From Candidatus Aminicenantes bacterium (GTDB taxonomy: Bacteria > Acidobacteriota > Aminicenantia > Aminicenantales > Aminicenantaceae), in the NCBI GenBank assembly GCA_030603565.1, contig JAUVXM010000002.1, positions 2,151 through 66,150 on the forward strand: DNA of 64,000 bases, written 5' to 3'. How positions within the stretch are numbered: the first letter of the stretch is position 1; each line of letters opens with the position of its first letter. The notes beneath the pieces are model-generated. The model saw nothing but the letters and a program-made list of their open reading frames with translations. It did not search any database and was not told the DNA's origin. Shown piece by piece: positions 9,685 to 19,486 of the stretch. Made by a program: the position numbers and the translations under genes.

Positions 9685-9923
9685 AAGAAATACCGATATA
9701 TATGTAATATCCTTTTAGCTCAATATTTTACAATGATTATTGTCAATAGACAATTAATCATTTCGTTCATGATATAATCTCTATTAATAATCGACATTTC
9801 TTACCCTTCAGGCGAGCCGATCTCACCGCATCTACTTCGTTACAGGGTATTCGCGGTGAAGGACCACAGCTTCATACCCTGTGCCTCGTATCTACGGCAA
9901 GCTTGGCTCGTGAATAATCCAGG
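9671..9923. mobile_element. MITE-like element, most complete copy (253 bp)
   Basis: Ends CCTGGACTATTCA ... TGAATAATCCAGG (13-bp TIR, 1 mismatch); internal IR TAAGAAATACCGAT/ATCGACATTTCTTA; structured GC-rich arm 9813-9910; related copies elsewhere in the window. Confidence 0.75.
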
Positions 9924-9931
9924 TCCTCCTA

Positions 9932-10025
9932 GGACTATTCATAAGAAATACCGATATATATGTAATATCCTTTTAGCTCAATATTTTACAATGATTATTG
10001 TCAATAGACAATTAATCATTTCGTT
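9932..10025 (+). repeat. Exact 94-bp direct repeat of 9674-9767 (truncated second element copy)
   Basis: GGACTATTCATAAGAAATACCG...AATCATTTCGTT is identical in both places. Confidence 0.95.
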
Positions 10026-10032
10026 AAAGCTT

Positions 10033-13000
10033 CTATTTTTTCTTATAATCAAAGGACTTGTCAGGGTAAGGGGGAGGTTCCGGGATATCTACAGGATGTT
10101 TCCGTATCTCTTCTTTTAAAAAGGCAATGGCAGCTTCAAGCTGAGCATCTTTCCCTTTGAATGTCGCATGCGGTAAATTGTCAACTACTATATCGGGGTC
10201 TACGCCGTGTCCTTCGATCAACCATTCTCTTTCAGGTCCGTAAACGCCTGTCTGGGGAGCTCTTGCCAAGCCCCGGTCTGTAAGGCGGTTATTACTGCTC
10301 AACCAGATCTCACCTCCCCAGGTCCGGGTGCCGATAACTTTACCCAGGCCCAGCCTCCGGAATCCCTCTGCAAAAGCTTCTCCGTCTGAAGCAGTATATT
10401 CATCACAAAGAACCACCATGTGCCCTCTAAAGGCATAATTCATGTTCCAGTAAGTAGCACCGGCGCGAGGTTTCCAAAAAAACCACGCTTTTCTTAGCAA
10501 TTTTCCCAGGATAATACTGTCAATGTTTCCACCCCTGTTATGCCTGACGTCTACTATTAATCCCTTGCGTTTAAAGACGGGATAAAAGTTTCGGTACCAT
10601 TCTGTGATATTACTGCCTCCCATAGCCCTAAGATGGACATACCCTATGTCGCCGCCTCCTTCTTCCTCGACCTGTAAACGGCGCGTATATTCCCAGTCAC
10701 TGTACCTGAGGCCTGCTTCATACCCGATGGGGATGACAACAGCAAGGCTGATTTTTCCTGTTTCAGCAGATTTGATCTCGATAAGAACCTGGCTGCCTGC
10801 CTTGTTGCGCAGCAAAGCATTTGGATGCCGGACCGAAAGAGTGCTGCGGCCATTGATACTTAAAAGGATATCACCTTCCCGGATATTTAAATCCGGATCG
10901 GCCAGAGGGGAAAGCTCCTCGGGATAATCCGGGTCTGATTTATAAATATAATCTATTCTATAACCGCCGGCTGTTTTATCCCGCTCAAGCTTAGCTCCCA
11001 AAGTAGCGACTCTGACCTGATCTTGCCCCTGCCTGAGATCGCCACCCCGGACACTGACATGAAGGGCTGATAGTTCTCCTACCAATTGTCCGATAAGGTC
11101 ATTTAGTTCCCGGCGTGATGTAATCCGGTCTACCAGAGGGAGATATTTAGCAAGCACTGCATCCCAATCTAAACCATGCATACCCGGGTCATAGAAGTAG
11201 TCTCTTTCAAGCCTCCAAGCATCTATAAATAGCTGGCGGAAGTCATCTGCAACATCGATAGAAAAACTCCAGCCGCTTAGATTCACTTTATTTTTATTGA
11301 GATTTGATAACTTTTTTGGGGCTGCCTCAAATACATAAATCGAGTCGCCTTTTTGCACCATGATTTTTTTTCCGTCTGCAGAAAGTTCATATCTGCGGAT
11401 TCCTTCGAGAACAGTTTCAATTTTAATGTCTTCACTGGCGATTTTAAGAGACTCTAATTTGGCAGGATCTCCATATCCGGCTCCCCGTTCCACCCAGAAA
11501 AGAGCTTTTGAGTTTACGGAAAGACCGGAGTAATTGCCGGCACTTATAGGAATTTCGTGGATACGCCGCTGAATTCCGTTAAGGTCTATTTTAATTAAAG
11601 CCTCGGTCTGCTTTTTTTCCTCAGATTTTCTAGCGGGTCCATCTGCCTGAAAAAGCTCATCTTCATGTTTAAAAGGCGACCTTAGACCTTTACGGAGAGA
11701 AAGCACATATAGTTTGACCGGTTTGTCAAAATAAGGTTCCGGCTGCCTTGGCCCCCACGGGCTTCCTACAACTGAACGGAGATTTCTGTCAGACAAAAAG
11801 TAAATAAATCTACCGTCCGGACTCCAGGCAGGACTCATACTATTGACGCGGTCTGTTGTAAGAGGTATCTGCTCGCCTTTTTCCAGATTGTAAAGGTGGA
11901 TCTGAGTAAATGTATTAAACGCCTGCTCTGAATAGGTCAGCCACTTGCTGTCAGGGGACCAGACAATATCCCCTATCCCGTTCCTTGTATTTGAGATTTT
12001 GTGCTGTTTTCCATTTGAAGTGTTCAACAGCCAAAGGTCGTTGTTCTTGTCATCAAAAGCTATCCATTTTCCATCAGGCGAAGGATGTCCCTGAAAGCGC
12101 AGTATTTTTCCGTTTTCAGTAAGAGGGATCTCTTTGCCTACCCCATCAGCAGGCAAGAAGGCAAATTCGATTTCATCACTTTCATCAGAAAGAGCAAGAA
12201 GTCTTTTACCGCTTGGCATAAAAACCACATCCCTGTAACGAACTCCCTCTTTAAAAGATGCTCTTACTAAACGGCCTTTTCCGGCAGGAGCTACAAATAC
12301 ACGGCCTCGGGACGTAAGTACAACACTATCACCTGAGGGGTGGATGTGAGCTGAAGTAAGATAATCCATAGGGTCATTTACCCATTTTTCACGTATCTGG
12401 TCAAAATCAGATGCCAGAGTGATAGGAATAAGGCGGCTTTCATTATTCCGCACATCAAGTATGCGCAGGTCAGCTCCTATCCGGTATACTATTTTACCAT
12501 CATACATGTAAGGTGTTCTAACATCCCAGCCGCTGTGATGGGTGTGCTGCTTAAGGTCTTTTCCATCCTCATCCATTGACCAGATATTCCAGTCCCCATC
12601 TCGGTCGCAAACATAATAAATACGACTATTCCACCACATGGGTGCGAAATTCTCTCCCGGGAAATCCTTTGTCAAGTTGCGGGCTTCCGGCCATTCCGAC
12701 TTAATTTTCCAGATATTCCGGGCCGTGCCTCCTTTATAGCGTTTTGTATTGTTGTTGTGAAATCCAGGGCGGGCAAAATAAAGCGTCTGTTCTGAGGTAT
12801 CGTAGGAGCCGCCACTTGCCTGGCTGAGTGGTATTAGGGCTCTTTTTCCGGTTTTTAGCTCAATATAGACCAACTGCGGGTTGGGAATGGTCGAAAAAGC
12901 ACGGGTTGAATATATAAGTTTTCCTTTAGGAGTAAAACCAATTGCAGTTGAGGCATCGCCTTCATAGGTCAAGCGGGATGGCAGGCCTCCGCTAAGCGGC

Positions 13001-13293
13001 ATGATGTAGAGCTCGGTCGGCCCTTCATAGGTTGCGGAAAAAGCCAAAGTTTTACCGTCTGGGGAAATCACAGGGTGAGTTTCTTCTCCAGGATGGGTTG
13101 TCAATCTCCGCCCTGTTCCTCCCTTAATGCTAACAGTCCAGAGGTCCCCTTCAGCTGCGAAAACAAGTGTGTCTTCATATAGGGCAGGATAGCGATAAAA
13201 TCCTTTTGTAGAATCAGCAGAAGCAGACACCGTAAATACCAGGACCACTCCAAATATACAAATAAATAGGATCAAGTGTTTTTTTTGTATCAT
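10033..13293 (-). CDS. Tricorn protease homolog (S41, PDZ), secreted
   Basis: Signal peptide, beta-propeller repeats (SPDGK), PDZ, DVRHNRGG, catalytic TASDGE, GTRTWGG, EGHGVDPDI. Confidence 0.95.
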   Translation of the reverse strand: MIQKKHLILFICIFGVVLVFTVSASADSTKGFYRYPALYEDTLVFAAEGDLWTVSIKGGTGRRLTTHPGEETHPVISPDGKTLAFSATYEGPTELYIMPLSGGLPSRLTYEGDASTAIGFTPKGKLIYSTRAFSTIPNPQLVYIELKTGKRALIPLSQASGGSYDTSEQTLYFARPGFHNNNTKRYKGGTARNIWKIKSEWPEARNLTKDFPGENFAPMWWNSRIYYVCDRDGDWNIWSMDEDGKDLKQHTHHSGWDVRTPYMYDGKIVYRIGADLRILDVRNNESRLIPITLASDFDQIREKWVNDPMDYLTSAHIHPSGDSVVLTSRGRVFVAPAGKGRLVRASFKEGVRYRDVVFMPSGKRLLALSDESDEIEFAFLPADGVGKEIPLTENGKILRFQGHPSPDGKWIAFDDKNNDLWLLNTSNGKQHKISNTRNGIGDIVWSPDSKWLTYSEQAFNTFTQIHLYNLEKGEQIPLTTDRVNSMSPAWSPDGRFIYFLSDRNLRSVVGSPWGPRQPEPYFDKPVKLYVLSLRKGLRSPFKHEDELFQADGPARKSEEKKQTEALIKIDLNGIQRRIHEIPISAGNYSGLSVNSKALFWVERGAGYGDPAKLESLKIASEDIKIETVLEGIRRYELSADGKKIMVQKGDSIYVFEAAPKKLSNLNKNKVNLSGWSFSIDVADDFRQLFIDAWRLERDYFYDPGMHGLDWDAVLAKYLPLVDRITSRRELNDLIGQLVGELSALHVSVRGGDLRQGQDQVRVATLGAKLERDKTAGGYRIDYIYKSDPDYPEELSPLADPDLNIREGDILLSINGRSTLSVRHPNALLRNKAGSQVLIEIKSAETGKISLAVVIPIGYEAGLRYSDWEYTRRLQVEEEGGGDIGYVHLRAMGGSNITEWYRNFYPVFKRKGLIVDVRHNRGGNIDSIILGKLLRKAWFFWKPRAGATYWNMNYAFRGHMVVLCDEYTASDGEAFAEGFRRLGLGKVIGTRTWGGEIWLSSNNRLTDRGLARAPQTGVYGPEREWLIEGHGVDPDIVVDNLPHATFKGKDAQLEAAIAFLKEEIRKHPVDIPEPPPYPDKSFDYKKK

Positions 13294-13590
13294 TTTTAAC
13301 TCCTTTAACTTACTATATCAGCAATATTAGTTATTTTACTTAGAATAGACACATGCAGTCAATAAAAGATAGATAAAATTCATTATCAACAGCTAAACTA
13401 TCATGTCAGGGTTTTATATTTAATTATCTTTGCTATAAAACAGATGAAATCATGGATTTCAGATACAGAATACACCTTAAAGTAGGCTGTTTTCTGTCCA
13501 AACAATAGGGAGACCCTCATAACTATCAATATAAAATCTGACATAAAATATTTGACAAGAAACTTTTTTTATGAAATAAAAGACTGTACT

Positions 13591-13607
13591 AAAAAACTAA
13601 TTTGGTT
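13591..13607. promoter_or_regulatory. Putative TetR operator 1
   Basis: AAAAAACTAATTTGGTT, quasi-palindromic, just upstream of tetR; 16/17 match at 14233. Confidence 0.55.
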
Positions 13608-13633
13608 GATTAGTCTAACAAATGGCATATTAA

Positions 13634-14209
13634 ATGAAAAAAAACAAGAAAACTATAATTATCAAAGCTGCTCAGGAACTATTTGCTCGGTTTGGCTTTG
13701 TTAAAACGACTGTGGATGAGATCGCCAGGGCAGCACGGATGGGGAAAGCAACTCTCTATCATTACTTCAGGAGCAAGGAAGATGTTTTCAAAGAAGTGAT
13801 AGAGAAAGAAAGTAAAATTTTAAATGAGAAAGTAAAAGAAGCAATTGATAATGAAGAAACGTCACAAAAAAAGTTAAGAGCTTTCGTGCTAACCAGGATG
13901 ATGTATTTAAATGAATTGGCGAATATTTACAGTGCATTAAGGGATGAGTTTTTAAATCATTATGCTTTTATTGAAAAAACTCGGGAAAAAGATTTTTATC
14001 AGGAAATAAAATCGGTTAAAAATATTCTAAATGAAGGCATTGAGAAGAATATTTTTGTAATCAAGGATGCGGAATTAACTTCTTTTGCCATTATTTCGGC
14101 TCTGAAAGGACTGGAGTACCCCTGGTCAATAAAAGTATCTTTACCTGATATTGAAAAAAATATTGATAAACTATTGGAAATTCTATTTCACGGAATATTG
14201 AAAAGATAA
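13634..14209 (+). CDS. TetR/AcrR family regulator
   Basis: AAQELFARFGFVKTTVDEIARAARMGKATLYHYFRSKEDV HTH. Confidence 0.95.
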   Translation: MKKNKKTIIIKAAQELFARFGFVKTTVDEIARAARMGKATLYHYFRSKEDVFKEVIEKESKILNEKVKEAIDNEETSQKKLRAFVLTRMMYLNELANIYSALRDEFLNHYAFIEKTREKDFYQEIKSVKNILNEGIEKNIFVIKDAELTSFAIISALKGLEYPWSIKVSLPDIEKNIDKLLEILFHGILKR

Positions 14210-14232
14210 ATTTTTTTAAAATCTTATCGAAC

Positions 14233-14249
14233 AAAAAACTAAATTGGTT
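14233..14249. promoter_or_regulatory. Putative TetR operator 2
   Basis: AAAAAACTAAATTGGTT upstream of the small membrane gene/fabH operon, next to a TATAAT. Confidence 0.55.
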
Positions 14250-14349
14250 TAGAAGTATAATATTCAAAAATGGACCAACCAAAGATAGGACCGGCTCTGG
14301 GATGCAGCGCAAAGCGAGTAAAAGATAATTATTATAAAAGGGAAATATT

Positions 14350-14544
14350 ATGAAAGAATCTAAAACTATCGCTTTAATGTTTTTATTGTCGGGAATTGCA
14401 ATCTTGCTGTATTCGATACAGTCGCTAGTATTGGGTCCGGAAATTATTGCATTTGAAACCATTCAAAAAGTAGGAGTTTGTTTTGGACTTATTCTAATTG
14501 CGACAGGCATTTATCTTCATGTGAAAGGCAAAAAAGAAGATTAA
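14350..14544 (+). CDS. Small 2-TM membrane protein
   Basis: 64 aa, two hydrophobic helices, AAGGG RBS-like sequence upstream. Confidence 0.65.
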   Translation: MKESKTIALMFLLSGIAILLYSIQSLVLGPEIIAFETIQKVGVCFGLILIATGIYLHVKGKKED

Positions 14545-14616
14545 ATAATACTCCTTTATAGGATAAAAAAAGACATCGTTACTGTCGGTGATGCAGTAAA
14601 GATTATTGAGGAACAA

Positions 14617-15630
14617 ATGAAAATAGAAGATAACCCAATGGAAACAAGATTTAGGTCAGTAGGAATTGCAGGCTCAGGTTTTTACGTTCCTAAAAAGGTT
14701 TTAACTAACTTTGATTTGGAGAAGATGGTTGACACCACTGATGAATGGATAAGAACCAGAACAGGGATCAGGGAACGAAGGATTGCAGATGATAATGAGG
14801 CGACATCTGATCTGGCAGTTGAAGCGGCAAGAAAGGCATTAGAAAATGCTCGAATTAACCCTCAAGAAATTGATTTAATCATTGTAGCAACACTATCTCC
14901 AGATTATTTATTCCCATCCACTGCCTGCCTGGTGCAGGATAAACTTGGAATAAAAAATGCCCGAGCCTTTGATGTTGAAGCGGCCTGTTCTGCATTTATT
15001 TATGCCTTATCGGTGGCTGAGGCATTTATTAAAAGTGATGCCTGTAAAACAGCCCTGGTCATTGGAGCAGAGGTGTTTTCCCGAATAGTTGACTGGAAGG
15101 ATAGAAATACCTGTATCCTGATGGGTGATGGGGCCGGGGCCGTAGTATTAAAAGAAGTGGAGAATGGCAAAGGAATTCTTTCCACACATCTTGGTGCCGA
15201 TGGTTCAGGAGCATCTTTATTGAAACAGCCTGCTGGCGGTTCTCGCCTTCCGGCATCTGAGGAGACAGTCAGGCAGGGGCTGCATTATTTCAAGATGCAG
15301 GGTAATGATGTATTTAAACTTGCGGTAAGGATCATGAGCGAATCAGTAATAAACGCTCTTAAAAAAGCAGGTTTATCAAATAAAAATGTAGATTTGATCA
15401 TACCTCATCAGGCCAATTTGCGTATCTTGAATGCCATGGCCAAAAGGTTATCTATACCGATGGAAAAGCTTATGGTCAATTTAGATAAATACGGGAATAC
15501 CACTGCTGCGTCCATTCCTATTGCTCTGGATGAGGCGGTAAAACAGGGAAGAATAAAAGAAGGTGATATTGTTGTTCTTGTTGCCTTTGGAGCCGGCCTG
15601 ACATGGGGTGCCGCAGTAATTCGCTGGTAA
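14617..15630 (+). CDS. fabH: 3-oxoacyl-ACP synthase III
   Basis: WIRTRTGIRERR, AACS (Cys), GDGAGA, PHQAN (His), YGNT (Asn), GAGLTWG. Confidence 0.95.
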   Translation: MKIEDNPMETRFRSVGIAGSGFYVPKKVLTNFDLEKMVDTTDEWIRTRTGIRERRIADDNEATSDLAVEAARKALENARINPQEIDLIIVATLSPDYLFPSTACLVQDKLGIKNARAFDVEAACSAFIYALSVAEAFIKSDACKTALVIGAEVFSRIVDWKDRNTCILMGDGAGAVVLKEVENGKGILSTHLGADGSGASLLKQPAGGSRLPASEETVRQGLHYFKMQGNDVFKLAVRIMSESVINALKKAGLSNKNVDLIIPHQANLRILNAMAKRLSIPMEKLMVNLDKYGNTTAASIPIALDEAVKQGRIKEGDIVVLVAFGAGLTWGAAVIRW

Positions 15631-15693
15631 AACGAACGTCAAGATATCAATGAGATACTTAAAAAATGAATTTTTCAATCAGGAGGCTGCCAG

Positions 15694-18684
15694 TTGAATA
15701 TGAAGAAATTTTCTGAGTCGGTGATTAAATACCGTAAATTAATTATTTTCGTTACTGTTTTTATTACTCTGATTCTGGGATTTTTCTTAAAAAATCTTAC
15801 GATCAACAGCGACATTCTTAGCTATCTGCCGCAAGATGATCCCAAGGTGGTGCTTTTCAATGAGGTCGGCGACAAGTTTGGCGGCAGTTCACTTGCTATG
15901 GTGGCGCTTGAGTGTGAGGATGCCTTCAATCACGCAACCTTGACCAGGATCAACGAGATTACGCAGCAATTCAAGGAGATGGCCGAGATATTCCAGGTGA
16001 TGAGCCTGACCGATATTATCGATATAAAGAAAACGGATTGGGGCCTTGAGATTGGCAAATTCATTGATGAGGATAATATCCCAAGAGATTCTGAAGAGCT
16101 GTTAAGATTAAGAAAGTATGCCCTTTCCAAGGATATGTACCGGGATAATCTTATCTCTGACGATGGCAAGATAACGTTAATCATAGCTCGTTTGAAAGAG
16201 GATGCCGATAAATTAGCAATCGGGCGCAGGATGAGAGAGGTAGTCGAAGGAACTCGAGGAAACGAGAAAATCTATTACGGTGGCATACCGTTCCAAATGA
16301 TTTTCTTGACTGACATAGTCCAGTCCGACCTGACCATGCTTATTCCACTCGTTATTTTTCTGGTGATGGGAGTGCTCTTAATGAGTTTCAGAAGCCTACG
16401 TGGTGTTTTTCTTCCCCTCTCCTGCGTACTGATAAGCACTATCTGGGTTTTGGGATTTATGAGCCTGTTGAAGATTCCCCTTACCATCGCATCGGATGCA
16501 ATGCCGGTATTGCTCGTCGCGATCGGCAGTGCATACGGGATACACATGCTTTCCAAATATAACGAAGATGTTCACAAGGAAGAAAGTAAAATTCAAGATA
16601 TAAAAGACGTATTGAGCGAAGTGGGCTTTCCAATTCTTCTGACCGGTTTAACAACTCTAATCGGTTTCCTGGCATTCCTGTCTTCAAATTTGAGCTTGAT
16701 ACGCGAGTTCGGTGTCTTTACAGCCATGGGAGTGGCGTTTGCCATGATCATATCCGTCACCTTACTGCCGGCCGTGCTCTCCTTCATGAAAGTCAAACGG
16801 ACCAAACGTAGTACCAAAAAGAAAGAGAATGGATGGTCAACCGGAATGATGAACAAAGTGGGAGGATTTGTGCTGAGGAATGCAAAGCTCATTATTGCAT
16901 TCTGCATAGTTGTGGTCCTGTTTTCGCTGTTCATGATTACCAGGCTGAGTCGGGAAGTCAACATGGTTGATTACTTCAAGAAAAACAGCGAGATAAGGCA
17001 GGCAGAGGAGATGATGGAGGAAAGACTCGGCGGCTCCATTCCTGTCCAGATAGTGATTAAAGGTGATTTGAAAGACCCCTTTGTCCTGAAGGAAATGATA
17101 AGGTTTGAGAAATTTATAGAGGCACAACCATCCATCCATAATCCCCATTCAATTGCAGACTTAATCTGTGAAATGAACTGGGTAGTGAACGGGCACCATA
17201 CAATCCCCGAAACCAGAGATGGAGTAGCGAATCTATGGTTTTTTATCGAGGGAAACGAGATTTTGAATCAACTCATAACCGACGACGCCATGGAGGCGCT
17301 CATCCAGGCAAATCTGGGCACAGTAAATACCAAACAGGTTATTGCCCTGGTGAATCAGGTCGAAGGTTATATAAATAAGGAGTTGAGAACAGACCTTATT
17401 AAGTTGAGAATTTCCCTTGTATCCTCTGATTTTGAGGCGGTACTTGCGAAAGAGCGGATGGAACAAATACTTTCAAAAATAAATTGGGACATCAAAAAAA
17501 GGGGTCTTGTATGGACCGCTCATAATTCAGAGCTAAGGGAGATGCTTTTCACGGCAGCTAACCCAAACAGCGGCGGCTTAGATGATGCCATGATAGATGC
17601 GCTAGGAATGAAAGTTAGTGATTATCTGCGCACCGAGAGTACCGACATCCAGGTTGAGTCTGAAAAAGTCATCTCTGCGATTATCGCTGACATTGGCGAT
17701 TCGCTGCGACTGAGCAAACCGGGAATCGGGGAAGCAAAAACGCCTGAATGGGGCGAGGAGGATATTGTCGATGTCCTGAAGAAGAATGTCCCTCAAGCCC
17801 TGTACGCCGAAGACCCGGAGGCGCTTGATTACGCTGCCGAAACGATTGTAACGATTATTAAAGACGAGAAAAATTGGGCAAGAGTGAAGAGATTAATTCA
17901 GGATATAAAACCTTTTCTTCCTGAGTCTCTTGCAGACGACGATAAATTCCTGGGCGATTTACGCGATGATGTCTGGGAGATAAACGAGGATCGGATAGCC
18001 ATTGAAGGTTCGAAATACGAGATTCTCCCCGGTAATACCAAGTTCCAGAGCCGAACAAAGCTTTCTGCTCAACAGACAGGAATGCCGATAATCTACAATG
18101 ACCTAGACAAACAGATCATAAAAAGCCAGGCTTTTAGCCTTTCCATCGCCATTCTACTGGTGTTCCTGCTTCTTGCCTACCGTCTGAAATCGATTATTGG
18201 CGGTTTTGTTTCGATAACTCCGATCACTCTGACCATACTCATCAACTTTACGATAATGGCGATTTTCGGCATACCCCTGGATGTTGTAACCGTCCTGATT
18301 GGCAGTGTAGCGGTCGGCATTGGAATCGACTACACAATCCATTTTATAATCAGGTTCAAGGTCGAACACGCTCTGGGCAAGACTGAGCTTGAAGCTCTGG
18401 GCAAGACACTGGAAACCACTGGAAAGGCAATTGTCATCAATGCACTCTCGGTGATGATGGGGTTTTTGGTGCTGGTTCTGGGGAATATCGTCCCGATGCA
18501 GCGCTTCGGCTACCTCATCGCTATTACGATGATTGTCAGCGCCACAGCCTCGATTACGGTCATGCCCGCGTTGCTCCTGGTGACAAGAGCCGGATTTATC
18601 GGGAGGCTCGGATTGCTGACTAATGGTTTAGTCTCCAAAGTGGCCAATAAAATCAATGTAAAAAATAATTACAGAAAAAAATAA
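15694..18684 (+). CDS. MMPL/RND family transporter with enlarged second periplasmic domain
   Basis: Two TM bundles with AIGSAYGIH and GIGIDYTIH motifs; 996 aa. Confidence 0.9.
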   Translation: MNMKKFSESVIKYRKLIIFVTVFITLILGFFLKNLTINSDILSYLPQDDPKVVLFNEVGDKFGGSSLAMVALECEDAFNHATLTRINEITQQFKEMAEIFQVMSLTDIIDIKKTDWGLEIGKFIDEDNIPRDSEELLRLRKYALSKDMYRDNLISDDGKITLIIARLKEDADKLAIGRRMREVVEGTRGNEKIYYGGIPFQMIFLTDIVQSDLTMLIPLVIFLVMGVLLMSFRSLRGVFLPLSCVLISTIWVLGFMSLLKIPLTIASDAMPVLLVAIGSAYGIHMLSKYNEDVHKEESKIQDIKDVLSEVGFPILLTGLTTLIGFLAFLSSNLSLIREFGVFTAMGVAFAMIISVTLLPAVLSFMKVKRTKRSTKKKENGWSTGMMNKVGGFVLRNAKLIIAFCIVVVLFSLFMITRLSREVNMVDYFKKNSEIRQAEEMMEERLGGSIPVQIVIKGDLKDPFVLKEMIRFEKFIEAQPSIHNPHSIADLICEMNWVVNGHHTIPETRDGVANLWFFIEGNEILNQLITDDAMEALIQANLGTVNTKQVIALVNQVEGYINKELRTDLIKLRISLVSSDFEAVLAKERMEQILSKINWDIKKRGLVWTAHNSELREMLFTAANPNSGGLDDAMIDALGMKVSDYLRTESTDIQVESEKVISAIIADIGDSLRLSKPGIGEAKTPEWGEEDIVDVLKKNVPQALYAEDPEALDYAAETIVTIIKDEKNWARVKRLIQDIKPFLPESLADDDKFLGDLRDDVWEINEDRIAIEGSKYEILPGNTKFQSRTKLSAQQTGMPIIYNDLDKQIIKSQAFSLSIAILLVFLLLAYRLKSIIGGFVSITPITLTILINFTIMAIFGIPLDVVTVLIGSVAVGIGIDYTIHFIIRFKVEHALGKTELEALGKTLETTGKAIVINALSVMMGFLVLVLGNIVPMQRFGYLIAITMIVSATASITVMPALLLVTRAGFIGRLGLLTNGLVSKVANKINVKNNYRKK

Positions 18685-18705
18685 TTTCAAAAATAAGGAG
18701 GAAAA

Positions 18706-19470
18706 ATGCAAAAAATAACATTGACTACTATTCTTTTTTTTCTGGTTGCCTTCCTATTTATATGCCAACCTGAGGAGCTGAATGCGGAAGAATTGACCCT
18801 CACGGCTTCACAGATTCTTGAAAAGTGTGATGATGTTATCAATGCTCCCACGGATCAGGATTTAAGAATAAAACTTATCCTGATAGACAAAAAAGGCAAA
18901 GAAAAAATGCGTGAGATGAGCATGCTTCAGAAGGGGAATGATAAAAGGATGGTGAAGTTTCTGTCGCCTGCTGATCAGAGGGGGATTGCTTTCCTTTCGC
19001 TTCCCGACGACATTATGTATCTTTATCTACCTGCTTTCAAAAAAATAAGACGCATTGCCTCTCATGTAAAAAATACCAAATTCGCAGGAAGCGATTTTAC
19101 CTATGAAGATATGGAGGCAATAAGGTATTCAAAAAAATACATCCCTGAATTGCTGAAGAAAGAGGAAAATCATTATGTTCTCCAACTCAAACCAAGAGAA
19201 GGAGTGAAAACTGACTATTCCAAATTAGTTATGTGGGTGAGAATGGATAACTTCTACCCAACTAAAATTGAACATTACAATAAGGGTGACAAGCTATACA
19301 AGATAATGATCAGCAAAAAAATTGAGAAGGTTAATGGATACTGGATATCCAAGGAATATGAAATGGAAGATTTAAAAGCAGAACATAAGACAAGAATGAT
19401 GATATTGGATGTAAAGTTTGACTCGGGATTGTCCGATGACAAATTCACAAAACGTTATTTAAGTAGATGA
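18706..19470 (+). CDS. Outer-membrane lipoprotein-sorting (LolA-like) protein
   Basis: Signal peptide; FLSPADQRGIAFL, YLPAFKKIRRI, FAGSDFTYED. Confidence 0.9.
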   Translation: MQKITLTTILFFLVAFLFICQPEELNAEELTLTASQILEKCDDVINAPTDQDLRIKLILIDKKGKEKMREMSMLQKGNDKRMVKFLSPADQRGIAFLSLPDDIMYLYLPAFKKIRRIASHVKNTKFAGSDFTYEDMEAIRYSKKYIPELLKKEENHYVLQLKPREGVKTDYSKLVMWVRMDNFYPTKIEHYNKGDKLYKIMISKKIEKVNGYWISKEYEMEDLKAEHKTRMMILDVKFDSGLSDDKFTKRYLSR

Positions 19471-19486
19471 AGAAGGGTAACATAAC

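Noticed and set aside
9671-10025. Repeat-spacer-repeat as a CRISPR array
   Set aside because: Only two 94-bp units, no cas genes; explained by the MITE family.
9856-10119. 87-aa ORF
   Set aside because: Runs through the MITE arm, the 94-bp repeat and the antisense of tricorn; likely spurious.
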